A stretch of 55,870 nucleotides of DNA, filler included, from Sphacelaria rigidula (GCA_964200075.2; 6 parts of 6 records of this genome joined end to end with filler, not necessarily neighbours in it), one strand, 5' to 3'; shown: positions 24,435 through 38,110, counted from the first letter of the whole stretch. Notes: a model not told the origin generated them from the letters alone. Translations and numbers: made by a program.

Positions 24435-27269
24435 CACTGACAGTATCAGGACTGCTACGAAAGCATGGATGATAGCACAGGATGTATGCTGGTTGCATAT
24501 TTCGAGTCAGCGGCGACTGCCAGCGTGCGCCGCTTGTACACCATATCAAGAATGTGCCCACAAAAATGGAAAATTGCTCAGCGACGAGGTACATAGTAAC
24601 TCTGCATGTACTCTACTGCGAGCTCATAACCGGTCAAGGGTTTGCCGTGTCTATCTTCTACGCACATATGCCCAACACTCACATGTTCTCGGAAAAGGGG
24701 CCGTTGTCCAGTGACAAAACAGCTTTTTTCAATCCTTTATGTGGCGTATTCTGTCTGGGTCCACCTCATGAGGGGTCGCAGTCAAAGTGTTATGAGCTCG
24801 TATCGTCGCTTGTCTGACTGGCTCTTAGTCTAATCGGTTTCCTATGTATTGTAACAGCTTCCACACCTTGAGCGTATGTTGATTATTTACGCATGTCGTA
24901 ACTTCTACATTGTCGCCCCCTTTTTTTACTGTCTGTACTGCTGCTACTCTGCCATACAGGGAACGTCTTCCCATTAGCAGCTGAATACGCACAACGGCAT
25001 GAAACAGTCAGCGTGCCCAGGCAAGGCTGGCACACCTCGCGCATGACTTCATCTTACACGCATGCCTCATCGCCTTAAATACTTGTGTATCTTCTTCCGT
25101 AGTCTTTGTACTTCTGCAGCTGTAGCTGATGCTGCTGCTCTAGTGAAATAAGAGCCCACCAACACAGGCCCGAACGGCATTATACATCTTTGTTGGATCT
25201 CTGTGAGCTCCAGCATACAAGCATTCGCGTCCTGGATTCATCGTCGGATCTTCCGGGTGTGCGGGCCATCCAGCAGGGGGCTCGGTCGTTGTTTTTGGCC
25301 TTTTGGCGGAGTGTAAGGTACAAAAAATGAGTATGGTTGTGATTATTCGGCGTATCCTCTGCAAATGCCTGCGGTATGGTCACCACGTGCACAAAAAAGG
25401 GTAAAGAAGGGTATGCACTCGAGAATTTAAGGGTCCACACAGGAACGAACGAGGGCAAGGATAACTGAGAGTAGGGTGTATCCTCCTGGTTTGTTCACGA
25501 ATGCACTCTCATGGGCTGTCATTTTCTGCGTCGAAGCTAAGCCTACAGTACACGTCAGCACCCAAGGTTCTTCTGTGTCAGCTGAGGTTCCCGTCTCAGT
25601 TTCTCTCGAACTTCAACACAAATGCTGAAATCCCCTTTCTCATCGAGTTCAGCACAAATGACTACAGGTCTCATTCCCTCATCGAGTTCATCAAAAATTC
25701 TTACCCGTAAATTATTATAATGCCGAAACTTTCAACATCAAATTCTCAACTGCCCGATTCTCAAGTCCTGACGCGTACTGTAGTACGATATGTGAGAGTT
25801 GATGAAAATCGTCGGGCATCCTACCCCGACACCTTGTGCGTGGGGCTGACGCGCCGGAACGCATTTTCAAGGTGTTCAGCCTGCGTGCAGCCCAGCGGCC
25901 CAGACCGAAACATGCGTCACCCTTTCCTGTTCCAAAAGCACCAGGGTGTACCTATTTCGTGTACTGCCCATCGGAAAAGCGCGGTGGAAAAGGAAACGCC
26001 CGATAGATGAATCGCTCCAACCCTGAAGGCGTGCCTCAGCACAACTGTTTTCGATTGAAAAAAAGGAGCGGTGGAATTGACGTGAACGAAATTAGCTCGC
26101 TTTTGTAGAATTGGATCCAAGCGAATTTTCAAGCTTTCGATCCAAGAAAGGCAGTGAAATTCATGAAATGGTACTTGGTCCCTTGTGTACAGTGCAGACA
26201 GTCTTTACTGTTTGCACTGATTGCATGCAGTGTGTCTGGGTGTGTGGGTGCGTGCTTCGTAAAGTAGGATCATTTAGAGAATAAGAGGGCAATATGTAGT
26301 ACAGACAGCGCAGGACAATCGGTTTTATCTGCTCACCACGCGACGCAATTGCGTTGCTCACCCTACCACACCGTTCCATCGCTGATCCCTACCATGGAAG
26401 AAGATATTCAAGTTTTCGGCAACAGAAATAAACAAGGCATACCCAACTACTGCAGTGTATTTAGCCCTGTGCTCACTCGTGCTCTAAGCTGCAGGGTTGC
26501 AGTGGTGGCCGAGAATGAGTTACGGAGTTTGAACGGTTCAGTGAACTGGTGCTGTCTGGCGTGGTGGTCTGCAAGATAGGAATCAAGTACATATTCGTGC
26601 CTGTCGAACACATGTTTTTGATAGAATAAGTTTATTATTTGCATTTGATACTTTTCTTCCACGTGCCACCGTTTATTATTTCGAGTTGAAGTATTTGAGG
26701 CACAGAACTGCGGTGGACCTACCAGATTGGAAAAAAATGGACCGCATTTTTTCGATCGAAAACGAAAGTGCTAAGAAACACCCTTAGATCGCGAGAAATG
26801 TTCATGGATCATGTTGATCTCTCGCCGTCCAAGTGTTGGACCTTGGATCATTACCAGCATAGGTTGTATCTGTCGAAGTGACAACAATTTAACTTGAAAA
26901 GTATGAATAGTTGAGATGGACTGCCTTTGACATCTGAGGGATAAAAATTGAATGACGTGGAAACAAATGACGATCTGTGCTGACCTACCCGATCGAAAGT
27001 CTTCTCCTCTGTCCGACCTTTTCGATTCTAGAACAATTCGAACAAAAGCGCCGTACCTGCGCTCCAACCGGAGAACAACGTCACCATTTTGTATAGCTGT
27101 GATTGATTAGAATGGTCACCGCCCATGTCAAGCGTTGATGACTCACAATTCTCTGCGGGACACTTTCGAACAAACTTGGGCGACTTCGTTAGCTTTACTA
27201 CTGTTCTGCAAACGAGCACCCCCCCTCCCCCCCCCGCCCTGTCCTGAAAACAATCCCCCCTGCCCCCTG

Positions 27270-27580
27270 GAAACCCCTGCATGTCCTTGGACTGTCTACC
27301 GTTGAAACTGTTCCGAAGCGACGCTCGCAGTCTGAAGGATAAGGTCGCCCAGCAGTAGTTCGAGGTCTAACATGAGATTCCAGGACGAGGGAGAAAGTTG
27401 GCTGGGATGGAGGTGGCCAATTTCAAGGAAGATCCCTCGCCCGGATGCATATAGCCCTACTGTAGCATGCAGTGTACAAGTCGCCAGTACTAGACCAGCT
27501 AGGTACGGGCGTGAAAGCGTGTTTGGTGATACAGGTACCTGCCCTACTTTCACAGCTGAAATCATGATTCTGGGTGGCCA
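27270..27580 (-). pseudogene. Possible PIF/Harbinger-like (DDE_Tnp_4) transposase remnant
   Basis: *GYMHPG..LATSIPANFLPRPG..LSFRLR/VASEQ/FNGRQ resembles the D-x-G-Y ... IP-FL ... R-VE-GR-K C-terminal pattern; heavily decayed. Confidence 0.25.
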
Positions 27581-27886
27581 CGAACCCAATCTCACCTAGG
27601 AAGTCAAGCCTGAAGGCGGAAGAGAAGCAATGTCGGGAAGCTGCGGGCAGAAGAAGAATGCTGGAGTGTCGGCTATTGCGAACAACACGGAGAAGACAAC
27701 ATGCTGCGGTCGCGGCTCCACAACCATAAGGCAACTCACCTCTGCATTGAATAATCAAAAGCTCATTGAATTATATCGCGCAAATCGTGGTCATTTTTCG
27801 CGTTACGAGCCTTGTACCAACAGCAAAAAACCTAGGGCAATGGCCTAGAAAAAGTATACCTTCTCGTTTTTTGCCTAAGAAAGGTA

Positions 27887-27986
27887 NNNNNNNNNNNNNN
27901 NNNNNNNNNNNNNNNNNNNNNNNNNNNNNNTTAATTAATTAANNNNNNNNNNNNNNNNNNNNNNNNNNNNNNNNNNNNNNNNNNNN
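27887..27986. other. Artificial contig spacer
   Basis: N44-TTAATTAATTAA-N44. Confidence 0.99.
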
Positions 27987-28669
27987 TTAACATTTGAAAC
28001 ACCACACCCAACACCCCCCCCTGCCACAAAAACCGCACCAACCCCCAAGACCCTCTCTCCCCCCCCCCCCCCCCCCCTCCTCTCCCCATAACAATAAAAG
28101 ACGAAATAATGAGGACTCAAACAAGAACACCGATGACTACCGTGAATACCGGTACCCGTCACGCGTGAAGAATCAAGTTCTCAAAACGTTCAATGATGGG
28201 GGGGGGGGGTTAGGTAATGTGTGAAATATATTGTAGATCATGCGGAGGCTTCCACACCACACAAGCACACACACACAAATGCACGCACATGTACATACAC
28301 CCGTGCGAAAAAAACAAAAATATTCGACTCTCTCCCACGTTCCACCAATACACTACTTCTTTTTTTTTTCACTCGAGACGCCTTGCTGCTACCAGAGCCC
28401 CCCGTCCCTTCCTCTTGCTAGGGGGACTAACTTTCTCAATTTAGAGAACCCACGATCCGGAGGACCGGGTACACAAGGCGCTTTCACTCTTGCCTTGCAA
28501 CAGATCCTGCGTCAGACGGTGCAGCAGCATTACCCACTTCCTCGTCAACGCAGGAATGGCGGCGGTACTTTCTCCTCTTTCTAAACTCATTCCTCTTTCT
28601 AAATCCACACAGTGGAAGATGACCAAGCACCGCCCCCCTAAACTCCTCAATCCCCCTTCAAGGGTTGGC

Positions 28670-28965
28670 GTCGGTTGGCAAGGACACTGTAAAACATGCA
28701 ACTCACTGCGTAAGCTAGGCAACCCACCAGGTGACCATTTTTTTTTGTATTCTCGCTTGCGTTTTTTTTTGCGGTAACCCAACATGATGGTCGAGTTTCA
28801 TCATATTGTGCGTGCGGAGTGGGAGAACCTCTACTCCGCGCAAAGGAGGGTGGTCGTGCTACCTACTGTGTGAATGATGAGACACCCATGAGGTCGTTTG
28901 TAACCCATGGCTGTCTCTGGAAGTGGCGATACCGGAAGATTAAGCAATGAATTGGAGGTTGCCAT
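28670..28965 (+). repeat. Dispersed repeat, related to 18770-19040
   Basis: Shared nucleotide blocks; peptides ETPMRSFVTHGCLWKWRYRKIKQ*IGGCH vs ETPMLRQCVTRGHLWQWRYQKMKQLIEGCH. Confidence 0.7.
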
Positions 28966-30900
28966 GCACACGCAAAAAAATAACCAGTACGCTTCGGGTT
29001 GAATAATCCTAGCAGGGTGAAGCTCATCCTTCGTGCGACTCGCCGAACACATCACGGCGCTCCGCGCTTCGTGATTGATGGCGAGCCTGGTCCGGCACAA
29101 ACCCGGCATGCTCCGTCCCGGCTTTGTAGGGATGCGAGGTCAGTGGTCAAACGACTACGGCATGCAAGATCATGGGTACCCCTCCTAAACTCCCCACCAC
29201 CTATCATCGGCGGGGATTTCCAGGGAGCGGCACCCTCGCACCGCGAAGGCTTCTGCTACGGCGGGTGGGCACCTGGGTGACGTTAACGCCGACAGCAATT
29301 GCGCGGACAGGATCATGTTTTGCTCTTCACAGCAAGCGCTCTCTTCCGTGGTGGACGGGGTCGATGTTGTAGCTGTAGCTGGAGTAGTTCTCGTGATTGT
29401 CGTTGGTGTGGTTTCCTCCGGTAGAGGCATACCACCATCATCGCCGCGATGTGGCGCGGTCGGTCTCGGGTCTGTCTTTTGACTCCACCGTGGACCATGT
29501 AGGATCCTCTGAGAATCAAAGAATAAAAAAGCGCAAGAAACAGCACAAATGAGCACCGCACACACACAGGTAGGGCAAGGTTTAGGTATGTACTGGTTAT
29601 CCTTGACACACGCACGCTGTGGGCAAGAGCTTGTACGCTGAAGCCGCGTGTAGCAGAGACCGGCCATTTATTTCTGTGCTTTCTTTTCTTTTCCTTTCAT
29701 TTTTATTTTTATTTTTTGTGCGTCTGTAGTCTACTGTGTCGTTCTCTTTAATTCTTCTTCTTCGGTTTCTTCTTTTTCTTCAGCGAGCGTATCAGTTTTG
29801 CTGTGTCTTGGGTACTTCCATCATGCGACCACGACTGGATCCCTGGGGGGGTCAGTTAAAATGCGACAATCAATAAAAGAACAATTATACACCGAGGATC
29901 ACGCTATCGGGATTGGCGAGCCAGAGTCCGAACCGAAACTGAAAGTACACAACACATGGGGGAACGTTTGCACAAAAATGGGCGGAACCTAAATACCCTT
30001 TGGACCGCCACGATGGTTGGGTTGGGCTGTCTGTTGAATCGGCATTTTTACTAGAAAAATGAATGGAATACCCAGAGGACCCCACCCTGACGGTCAAAGA
30101 AAATCAGGAAAAACAAAAAAACGAGGGGTCGCAGGAGGCATACAATATATACAACAATGTCCCAAAACACCAATGGAATAACCTTCCACATTTACATACC
30201 GTACATACTGCGCAATTGCTGGGTGCTCTGAATGAGAAAAAAAAAAATACACATAGAGGGGCAAACCCTATCTCGGTTGTACGGCTTTCGACAGGAGAAA
30301 GCGGTCGCGCGTATCACCACGGGCTCACAGAATATACATGTATACGTATATTCCACACGTCGAACAGCTCATGAGAACAGAACGGGATCCAGCCGCGCGC
30401 AGCGTAAACGGCCCAATATTGGCAAGGTGAGGCAAGGTCTTGCGCAGCAACGGAGATATCATGTATAACCCGAAGCGACAGGCAGCGGAGGCGGCAAGTA
30501 TTGTGCATAGCACCAGTCATACCCCGGACGAAACCGCACACCAACATGTACAGCGTACACGTGCTCGAGAGGGCAAAAATAATACCTCATGATAGGACGT
30601 AAGACGCGGCTGGGGTTTATGAACAGATGCGATACAGTCGCAAAGATTCGACGATGCACCACCCGCCGAGCAACCGTGACGGGTAGACGAAGCCTCGTTG
30701 TGAAAAAGAGTATGCCAACTGCATGGGCGGTTTGGTGGGCCAGGCGAAAGTATCGTATGAGGTCCACCGTCTTCGTACCTCCAATCGTAGGAGACATGTC
30801 GGTCCATGCGTGACCAAACTTCTCCGTCGAATAAACAGGACGTGTACAGAGCACGTTCCTCCCGTTCCTGGCGTTCCATAGTTCTGGCCCCCTACAACGT

Positions 30901-31110
30901 TCACGAGAATCGTTTTTTACAGGCCAACAGCTTGCTAGCTGTCAGCTCCCTAAAGGAGACCCCCTCTCGAAGACTATCAGTGTGTGTGCGCTCCGCACTA
31001 CATCCACACATCCAAACCCTCGTACTCAAGACTAGAGCACCGACACAGCGCCCGAGGCAGCCAGTCATCCCTGGGAATATAGTGTTCTCATTTGGAGTCG
31101 ATGACAGTTG
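30901..31110 (-). CDS. Candidate terminal exon of the LRR gene
   Basis: Acceptor after a T-run (ttttcag|CAA), phase 0, open to TGA at 30901; an alternative acceptor near 31070 cannot be excluded. Confidence 0.35.
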   Translation of the reverse strand, partial: QLSSTPNENTIFPGMTGCLGRCVGALVLSTRVWMCGCSAERTHTDSLREGVSFRELTASKLLACKKRFS

Positions 31111-31205
31111 CTGAAAAAAAAACAGCGTCATTCGTTAACAGATACCAACATGTAATCAGGGCGTAAAAAATGCACAAATATAAATCTCTATACACTCACG
31201 CATAC

Positions 31206-31664
31206 CTTGCCCGGGAGGCTTTCGCCTCCACTTCCCCTGGAGTCTGCCGCCACCACCTCATACTCCGCGGTGTCGCGATTTACTGCGTCGCAGACAACTG
31301 GAACCCCACCGTCACAAAACCCACTCTTCCCACCGGTACCCGTACCATCACCAATCACCTCCTCATCCTCCAGCAGATCGCGAGGAAAAAGCCATAAGCG
31401 GCGTAACTCAGGGCATGCCCCTGATCCAAGAAGGGCCGCGACAGCCCCTTGTATCTCGTCGCCTTTGCAACCCGCCAGGCCCAGGTGTAGGGACAGGGTG
31501 CGCAGTCGGCCGCCGGTCGACGCACGGCCGGTAAAAAGAGTCGAAACCAACCGACCCGCGCCCCCAAACGCATAGCTGGGTGCGGGAGCGTTCTGCTGCC
31601 CCGGGAGATCGTCGCCTACTAACCGGAGTCTCTCGAACTGAGTCGCCAGTTGGTGTTTGTCTAT
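31206..31664 (-). CDS. Internal exon of leucine-rich-repeat (RNI-like) protein
   Basis: Acceptor ctccttcccccag|ATA, donor AAG|gtatgc, 459 bp open in phase 0, compatible with the previous exon; RLRTLSLHL and GACPELRRLWL LRR-like motifs. Confidence 0.8.
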
Positions 31665-32049
31665 CTGGGGGAAGGAGAGGGGTATGGACCAGGGAGGCGG
31701 GGTCGGTAAATATGATATGATATGGTGTGCGGACCAATATCGCTACGTGAACCGTATCGCGTCAAGAGCAGAGCCGAGTCGATCCATTCAGAAGGTGAGA
31801 GCCAAGTATGGAGTGTCTAGATACGGACGCCTGCAGAACTTCAAGTAGAAAAACTCGAAAACTGAAGCTCTCTGATCAAAACATGCGCACGCACGCACGC
31901 ACATAACCGCACCGAACATCTCCAACCTTGAGGTGAATCGAGAATGGGCTAGGGAACATGTTCATTGAGTTATTTTCTCTCTATATTGATTGATTGATTG
32001 ATTGATTGTCGCACTTTAACTCTGTATATATATGAAAACATGTACGCAC

Positions 32050-33509
32050 TGGGTCAAGTAATCTTCCCAGAAGCTTCTTCTGCTGACGAGAATCCCCGGC
32101 CGCCGCCACCGCCGCCGCCGCCACCGCAGTCCTGTGACCCCGCGAAACCGCGACCTCTAAGAAATCTAGCACAGGCAGGCTTCCAGATTCTATCAAATCC
32201 GTCAAACCCGAGAGCCCCGCGGGGCACATGTGCACCGCGAACCGGGTGAGCTGCGACATGCCGCCTAGGGGTGCGCTTGCGTCTCCCATCTCTTTCCACA
32301 AGCTCGCGCTATGCTGGTTGTTGTCGCACTGAAGTCGCACCTCGAGTCGTCGGAGGGAGGGTGCCAGCCTGACGCCCAGCGCCTTTCCGAGCGAAGAAAG
32401 TGCCGAACAATCTTCGTACCCCACCCAGCCTCCGCCACTGCCGTTCACGGTAAAATACCTGCCTGCCTTATCCGCATCGAAACTATCGTACATGTCCATC
32501 GTACTCCGGAGTCGCAAGTCTTCCAGTCCTTCCAAGGCTCCACCCATCAGCGCCGTCGCGAGGGCCGACACGACCGCCTTCTCCGCCTCCGCGTGAAAAC
32601 ACAGCCGCAGCATCTTCAGCGATGCGGGAGCCTTCGCGATATTGCGCACCGTCGGCTCCCACACCCAAGAATCCCAGCGTGTGCCGCACAGCGTCAGGTG
32701 CACGAGGGAAGGAAACCGCCGCGCGAGGTCCGACATCGGCCCGCGCGCGTCATGCATGGCGCCGGTGCTGCGCGCGTGCCAGGTGCGGAGAATCACGGTG
32801 AGGTGTTCCAGCGCCGGGAAGCAGGCGGGCGGCCACGCCAGGATGTGGTGAAGTGCGTGCCCGCTGAATGTGTCGCGCCCCGTATCCGCCAACCGCAGCC
32901 GTTGCAATACATCCATTACCCCGGCCGCCCTTCGGTCCGCCGCGACCTTCCGGTCGTTGGCCGCCTTCTCAGCGACCTTGTTGGACTTCGGCCTGGGCCG
33001 GACCAGCAGCTCGCTCGCCATGTTGGGGCGACGCTGCCGATGGTGCTGCTCGCAAGCGCTCGCCGCGGCCGCCGTCCGTTGCTGCTGCTGTGCTTTCTCG
33101 TGGGCGAGGCGCTGTGCAACCGGCGACTGTGGCGGACATCGCGGTGCCGATGACGACGGCGCGGCTACCACTTCTGTTGCTGCTCTATTAATCGCCGAAT
33201 AAGAGAGGGAAGGAGGGGGCGGAGGACGATGCGACTCTGTCACGGATAGCGTGACCCCTAGCAAGTCGTGCAGGGCGCTCATGATGGAGATGGCTGTATC
33301 CGAGCGACAGGCTAGCGTCACGTCCAGATGTCGGATGGCCCGAGCCCGCTGAACCCGGGCGAACCAAGCGGTGATTTGATTCGAGAACCCTAGCAGCCCA
33401 CCAGAAGCTGGAGCCCTGGACCTAAAAGGCGTACAAGCAGGCGGATTACGAGGGTCCGACCAGGTTGGGAGGGAAGGCGCGGCGGGGACGTTAGTCCGTA
33501 CGCTTCGAC
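32050..33509 (-). CDS. Large exon of leucine-rich-repeat (RNI-like) protein; upstream exon(s) not identified
   Basis: GC-rich open frame of more than 1.4 kb; repeats FPALEHLTV, FPSLVHLTL, SLKMLRL, LEGLEDLRL, PSLRRLEV, SQLTRFAV, LPVLDFLEV; donor CCA|gtgcgt at 32050; acceptor cag|GT at 33509 after a CTAAC branch point (alternatives 33516, 33421). Confidence 0.85.
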
Positions 33510-36500
33510 CTGCACGCTGCGGCGTACGCAGGGTTAGAACAAAAAAATGCGATTCCCGGGTAATTCACACAATTGGAGCATCTACTTCGAGCAAGGAGTT
33601 CGGTAGGCCCGTGTATAGCGTTGAGATAAACATCAATCAAAATGGATTGCTCTGCATGTGTTTTGTGTTACTGCACTAATGGAATAATCAAGTCAGGCAA
33701 TAATGTTGAACTGCAAAATAAGCATATACAGAATACCTGAACTGAAATCATGCCCTCTCGGTAGCGGAACGGGATGATGCGATTCTCCGGTAGCTTACAT
33801 GAGAAACACTCGCTTCGAACAAGGGGTTCAGTACGTTCGAGTAGAGCTTTGACATAGCATCAGTCAAAATTGATGGCTCTTTCGATATTTCCGCTGCTAA
33901 AACTCACGGTGCCGTTACAACATATTTCTTGCAACAAATACGTTTAATGGGAGTGGTTGATGTTGGGGTTGGAATATATATATTTTTTTAAAATGGAATT
34001 CAATGTACAGGTTGTTGGTTGGGGTTAAATGATCATTTTTTGGAAAAAGGGAACACAATAGTATTATATTAAAGTATGTGAACAAAAAAATCACAAAATA
34101 CCTGAAGCAATCTGATATACTGCCGGTTACGAAAAGGGTGGTAATCGGTACTTTTTCGGACAGGAGCAGCTGTCTGTAACCCCGTGTCAAAGCAGTGAAG
34201 ATGAGCATAAAAAGGATAGTCGGAATGGGGCTGTGGAACGGGGCTGTAGACACCACGGTGTTCGGTTTTGTTGAACGTGTTGTGAAACATTCTGGCAGAG
34301 GTGCCTCTAACGGGCGTACTAAGGGGGTGGAAATGACGACTCCGCACCGCACCACGACAGCATTGCGTGCTACACGACAGCGTTGCGTGCATTGGCAGCA
34401 AAGAAGGTCATGTCTGCATTCTGACCAGGAGCATGCGCTTTTATTTCCTCATATTGGTGGCACTGCACACCTTGCTGCTGGCAGGACAATGCCCCCCAAA
34501 TACTGCAACAAAAAGTTTGTCCGAAACTGGAGGCGCGTTTGGCGTCGCGGTTGGCTGGAGAGTAGCGAGGAGGGCCACCGATTGCGCAAACCCAAGGAAG
34601 TCGAAGCTATCTCGGGTCGCGAGTCAAAAGCAAAGAACTGAACTCCGGTCACGGTCGTTGTACTATGAACGCAACAAACACCTCGTGTTATCTCTTTCAA
34701 CTCGCAGAAGCCATGTATCGGAGGAAAGCAAGAGCGGTGTGATCATCGTATGTTTTTCATGGACCTTCAGAAATTGAATACAACAAACTGCGTCCCCACA
34801 GCGAAGGCAGAGAGCCCCATGGTAACGAGGGCAGACATCTTGTTTGCTCCCTAAAGACTGGTTCAGATCGAACGCCCAAAAACTTGCTACCCAGCAATTT
34901 ATCACGCGGATGTTTCGAGTCAGGTCCTAAAAATTTGCAACGGTTTGCTATGGGATATATAAAAACTTTTCATCCATGCGCTTTCCTTTTTTTCGCCGGA
35001 AATCCGGGGTCCCGAGGGTGTCGTGGCTCATGCCACCTCCTGCAACCCCTTATTTCTGACGACAACGAACACTCATAGAACGTATCGCAGTATCCCACGG
35101 CACACGTATTCGACTCAACAGTCGACGAGGGAAAGGGACTGCTGAACCCCTCTCGCGATAAAAAAAAGGGCAAGCACCGCAGAAGGAAGGTGGAGAACTG
35201 AAAACAAATAAAAAAAAGAATCTCTTGCGCTGGCCTTCCTCCCGTGATTCCCCGGCTGGTGCGCCCACGTACACCGAAAGATGTAGATCGACGTCCAGAA
35301 TGAATGGGATGACAACACACACAACACACAACACACACGCACGCGGACTTCAATTTCAGGGTCTAGTTCGAAAAACCCACGTGAATAATCGCGCGCGTGC
35401 GTTGAGTGTACAAATCTACGCACAACTTCCTAATTACTTTACTAGAGTACTGTACACTACCGACCTTTTTCTTGTGCGTTCAAGCTTGCATCGATCGCTT
35501 GGGAGACAGTTTTTCGAGTTGGACAACGAAATTAGTACAAACGTTCCTTGGACTACCTCGGGATCAGTAGAAGTTGTATTCGTTTTATTCCGAGAGGCAT
35601 TTTTGTACCGGTTTCTGGCGGTCTTCACGCCGGGACCCCCGGAAGTCGGTGAAGAGCGGATAAGCTGTGAAACACTCTAGCGGTATTTTTTTTCCATTGT
35701 AAAGCCCCGATATCTAACAAACTGCCAAGTTTGAGGATGACTGAAAGCTTTTCTACGGAAGGTATCAAAGTGATCGTCCACGAGGCTTCTTGGGTCTTCG
35801 CTTCAAATCATAATAAGTGGAAATCCGCCGCCTCCAAAACCCCGCATCACCGAAATGCCACGGTTTTGAGGTACAATTCGATCCCATACACACCGTTTTC
35901 AAATATATATTTTCGTTAGACACCGTAGCTGACGGCGATCACTGAGGTTTGATTCATGGTGAGGTTGGGTAGAAATTGTGTCGGGATTCAGCAGTTTAAA
36001 TTTTCAGAACAATTTGAAGGCCCCTGATTGGCCGACACACATTTTCACTACTAGCGCCACAGCAACAGACGCGAGAAAAAATCTGGCCACGTCGCACTGT
36101 TCGCTTGCTCGTGGGGGTCACTATGATAACACATACGTTTCTATCGAGTCAGCACTGCGTTCTGTGTCTTTATCTCGTGCGGAATAAAAGCTGGGCTTTC
36201 ACCCTGAATCCACCTGAGACGCTTTTTGCCATGGTCTTGCCTGAACGGCCGTGCATGCATTGTCATTGTTGTACAGACACCATAGACACCGTGCATCTGG
36301 AAATTTACGACTACTCCAACATCTTGGTCGTGGTAGACAGCACAATACGCACCGTAGTAGCAAACCATCCTCGTAAACGGCTCAGAGCATTTCAGAGGAC
36401 ATGGGTTCCCATGCGAAGGATCGGAGCGTAGCGGGACGTGCGGTGTAGGGATCATCACCGAATGCTGACACTAACTTCACGTGACTATCTAAAAAGAGAC

Positions 36501-37214
36501 GAAAACCAGATCGGGGAACGGAGTACTGAGGCTAAAAACAAGAGGCAAATTGCGAACCTTGAATAGTCAAGTGTAGTGAGCTGGCCCCCGACAGCACCGC
36601 AGCATTTTTAAAGTAGAAAAAGCCCGGTGGACAGAAATAGCGGGCATGACGAAGTTGGAAGTAAACTCGATAGTCTGTGGTCAGGAGAAGGTATATACAT
36701 GTAGCTCGCTCCAGATCAAGCCACCGACAGCCCTCTTCATAAGGAGAGCCAGTTTTGATGAAACTCCGATTCATCAACCGAGCAGTGTCAAGGCTGCAGC
36801 AGAGGAATTGGTCTGGAGATCTCCAAACTGGGCTCGTCATGCGGCCCAGTACAGTACAGCATTCATTCACAATTTTTCAGTCTTACGCCGAAAGAAAAAA
36901 AAAATCTGAACTACCTGAAAACCCGCATACAAGAGTCATGGGATAAGACTTCAGGAGGAACCAGCCGCAAAGTAGGTGTACTTCACACGGCCGTGGACGT
37001 CCACACCAAGGAGCGCAGGTCCGAGACGCGACACCACTGCGAAGATTTCGACAAGGCAGGAGCGTTGGTGCTGGTTTATGACAGAAAAGGTGACCTTTAA
37101 GTGACAAATTACCGCGTTGGGTGGTAAGAACACTGTTGCTGTGCACCCTAACCTGCGGAGGGAAAGTTACTTCCATGTGTGGCGACCACGCAGGTCGAAC
37201 CGGGTCTGCAGCAC

Positions 37215-37314
37215 NNNNNNNNNNNNNNNNNNNNNNNNNNNNNNNNNNNNNNNNNNNNTTAATTAATTAANNNNNNNNNNNNNNNNNNNNNNNNNNNNNN
37301 NNNNNNNNNNNNNN
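37215..37314. other. Artificial contig spacer
   Basis: N44-TTAATTAATTAA-N44. Confidence 0.99.
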
Positions 37315-37389
37315 GGTCTCTGCGCCCCCATTTTACTTCCAGAGCAACGATCGATTTGAAAAGGGGTACGTATTCCGCTTGAGACCCAT

Positions 37390-37528
37390 TTCCCCACTAC
37401 CGTGTCTTTGCGGTAGGTGTTCATTTGTGTTATTTTTCGTAAAAATGATGCTGCAGGGGCCTTATTGATGATTTCACTTGAAAATAACACAAATGGACAC
37501 CTGCCGCAAACACACGATGGTGGGGAAG
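37390..37528. repeat. Imperfect hairpin / small MITE-like inverted repeat (about 55-60 bp arms)
   Basis: ttccccactaccgtgtctttgcggtaggtgttcatttgtgttatttt pairs with aaaataacacaaatggacacctgccgcaaacacacgatggtggggaa. Confidence 0.8.
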
Positions 37529-37735
37529 AGTGCCACAAGCATCCCATCCAAAGGGGTTAGTACGATTTGTAGTGGTCACAATATTACCCAATCCTACTGT
37601 TGGTTCACCAGGCTTCCACCATGTCTCGCGCCTCACTCGTCCATCAATTCAGTGATTGACGATTGGTCCTAAGGTTGTCCAGAAAAGACGCAAGCATGCG
37701 AGTCATACCACGTAAAAAGTAAATGACTCGAGCAC

Positions 37736-38110
37736 GAGCACTCGAGTCATTGCTCATTGTGGAAACAAATTACAGGGCGAGCACTCGAGTCATTGCTCGT
37801 TGTGGTAATAAATGAAAAGGGCGAGCACTTGAGTCATTGCTCGTTGTGGAAAAAATTAATGCGGCGAGCACTCGAGTCATTGCTCGTTGGGGGGGGAAAG
37901 GTATAGGTCAAGCACTCGAGTCATTGCTTGTTGTGGAAACAAATTATTAGGGCGAGCGCTCGAGTCATTGCTCGTTGTGGAAAACAATAATAGGGCGAGC
38001 ACTCGAGTCATTACTCGTTGTGGAAAAACACAACAGGGCGAGCACTCGAGTCATCGCTCGTTGTAAAAAAGAGTAATGGCTCGAGCACACGAATCATGCT
38101 CGTTGTGTTT
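37736..38110. repeat. Array of nine 43/44-bp units: conserved palindromic core plus variable A-rich linker
   Basis: Core GAGCACTCGAGTCATTGCTCGTTGTGG starts at 37736, 37779, 37823, 37866, 37910, 37954, 37997, 38040, 38083. Confidence 0.95.

Larger units (their letters stand above)
23666..24826. repeat. Long inverted repeat: 392-bp arms (23666-24057 / 24435-24826) around a palindrome and a SINE fragment
   Basis: Arms are reverse complements with scattered substitutions (roughly 93% by eye). Confidence 0.95.

Noticed and set aside
32311..33202. Plus-strand ORFs of 280, 110 and 107 aa
   Set aside because: Antisense shadows of the GC-rich LRR exon.
34470..34620. Possible F-box-like upstream exon of the LRR gene (FDFLGFAQSVALL)
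   Set aside because: In-frame stop just upstream and no convincing splice-phase support.
37736..38110. Bona fide CRISPR-Cas locus
   Set aside because: Linkers only about 13-16 bp, A-rich and related to each other; no cas ORFs; eukaryotic context. Kept only as a CRISPR-like array.
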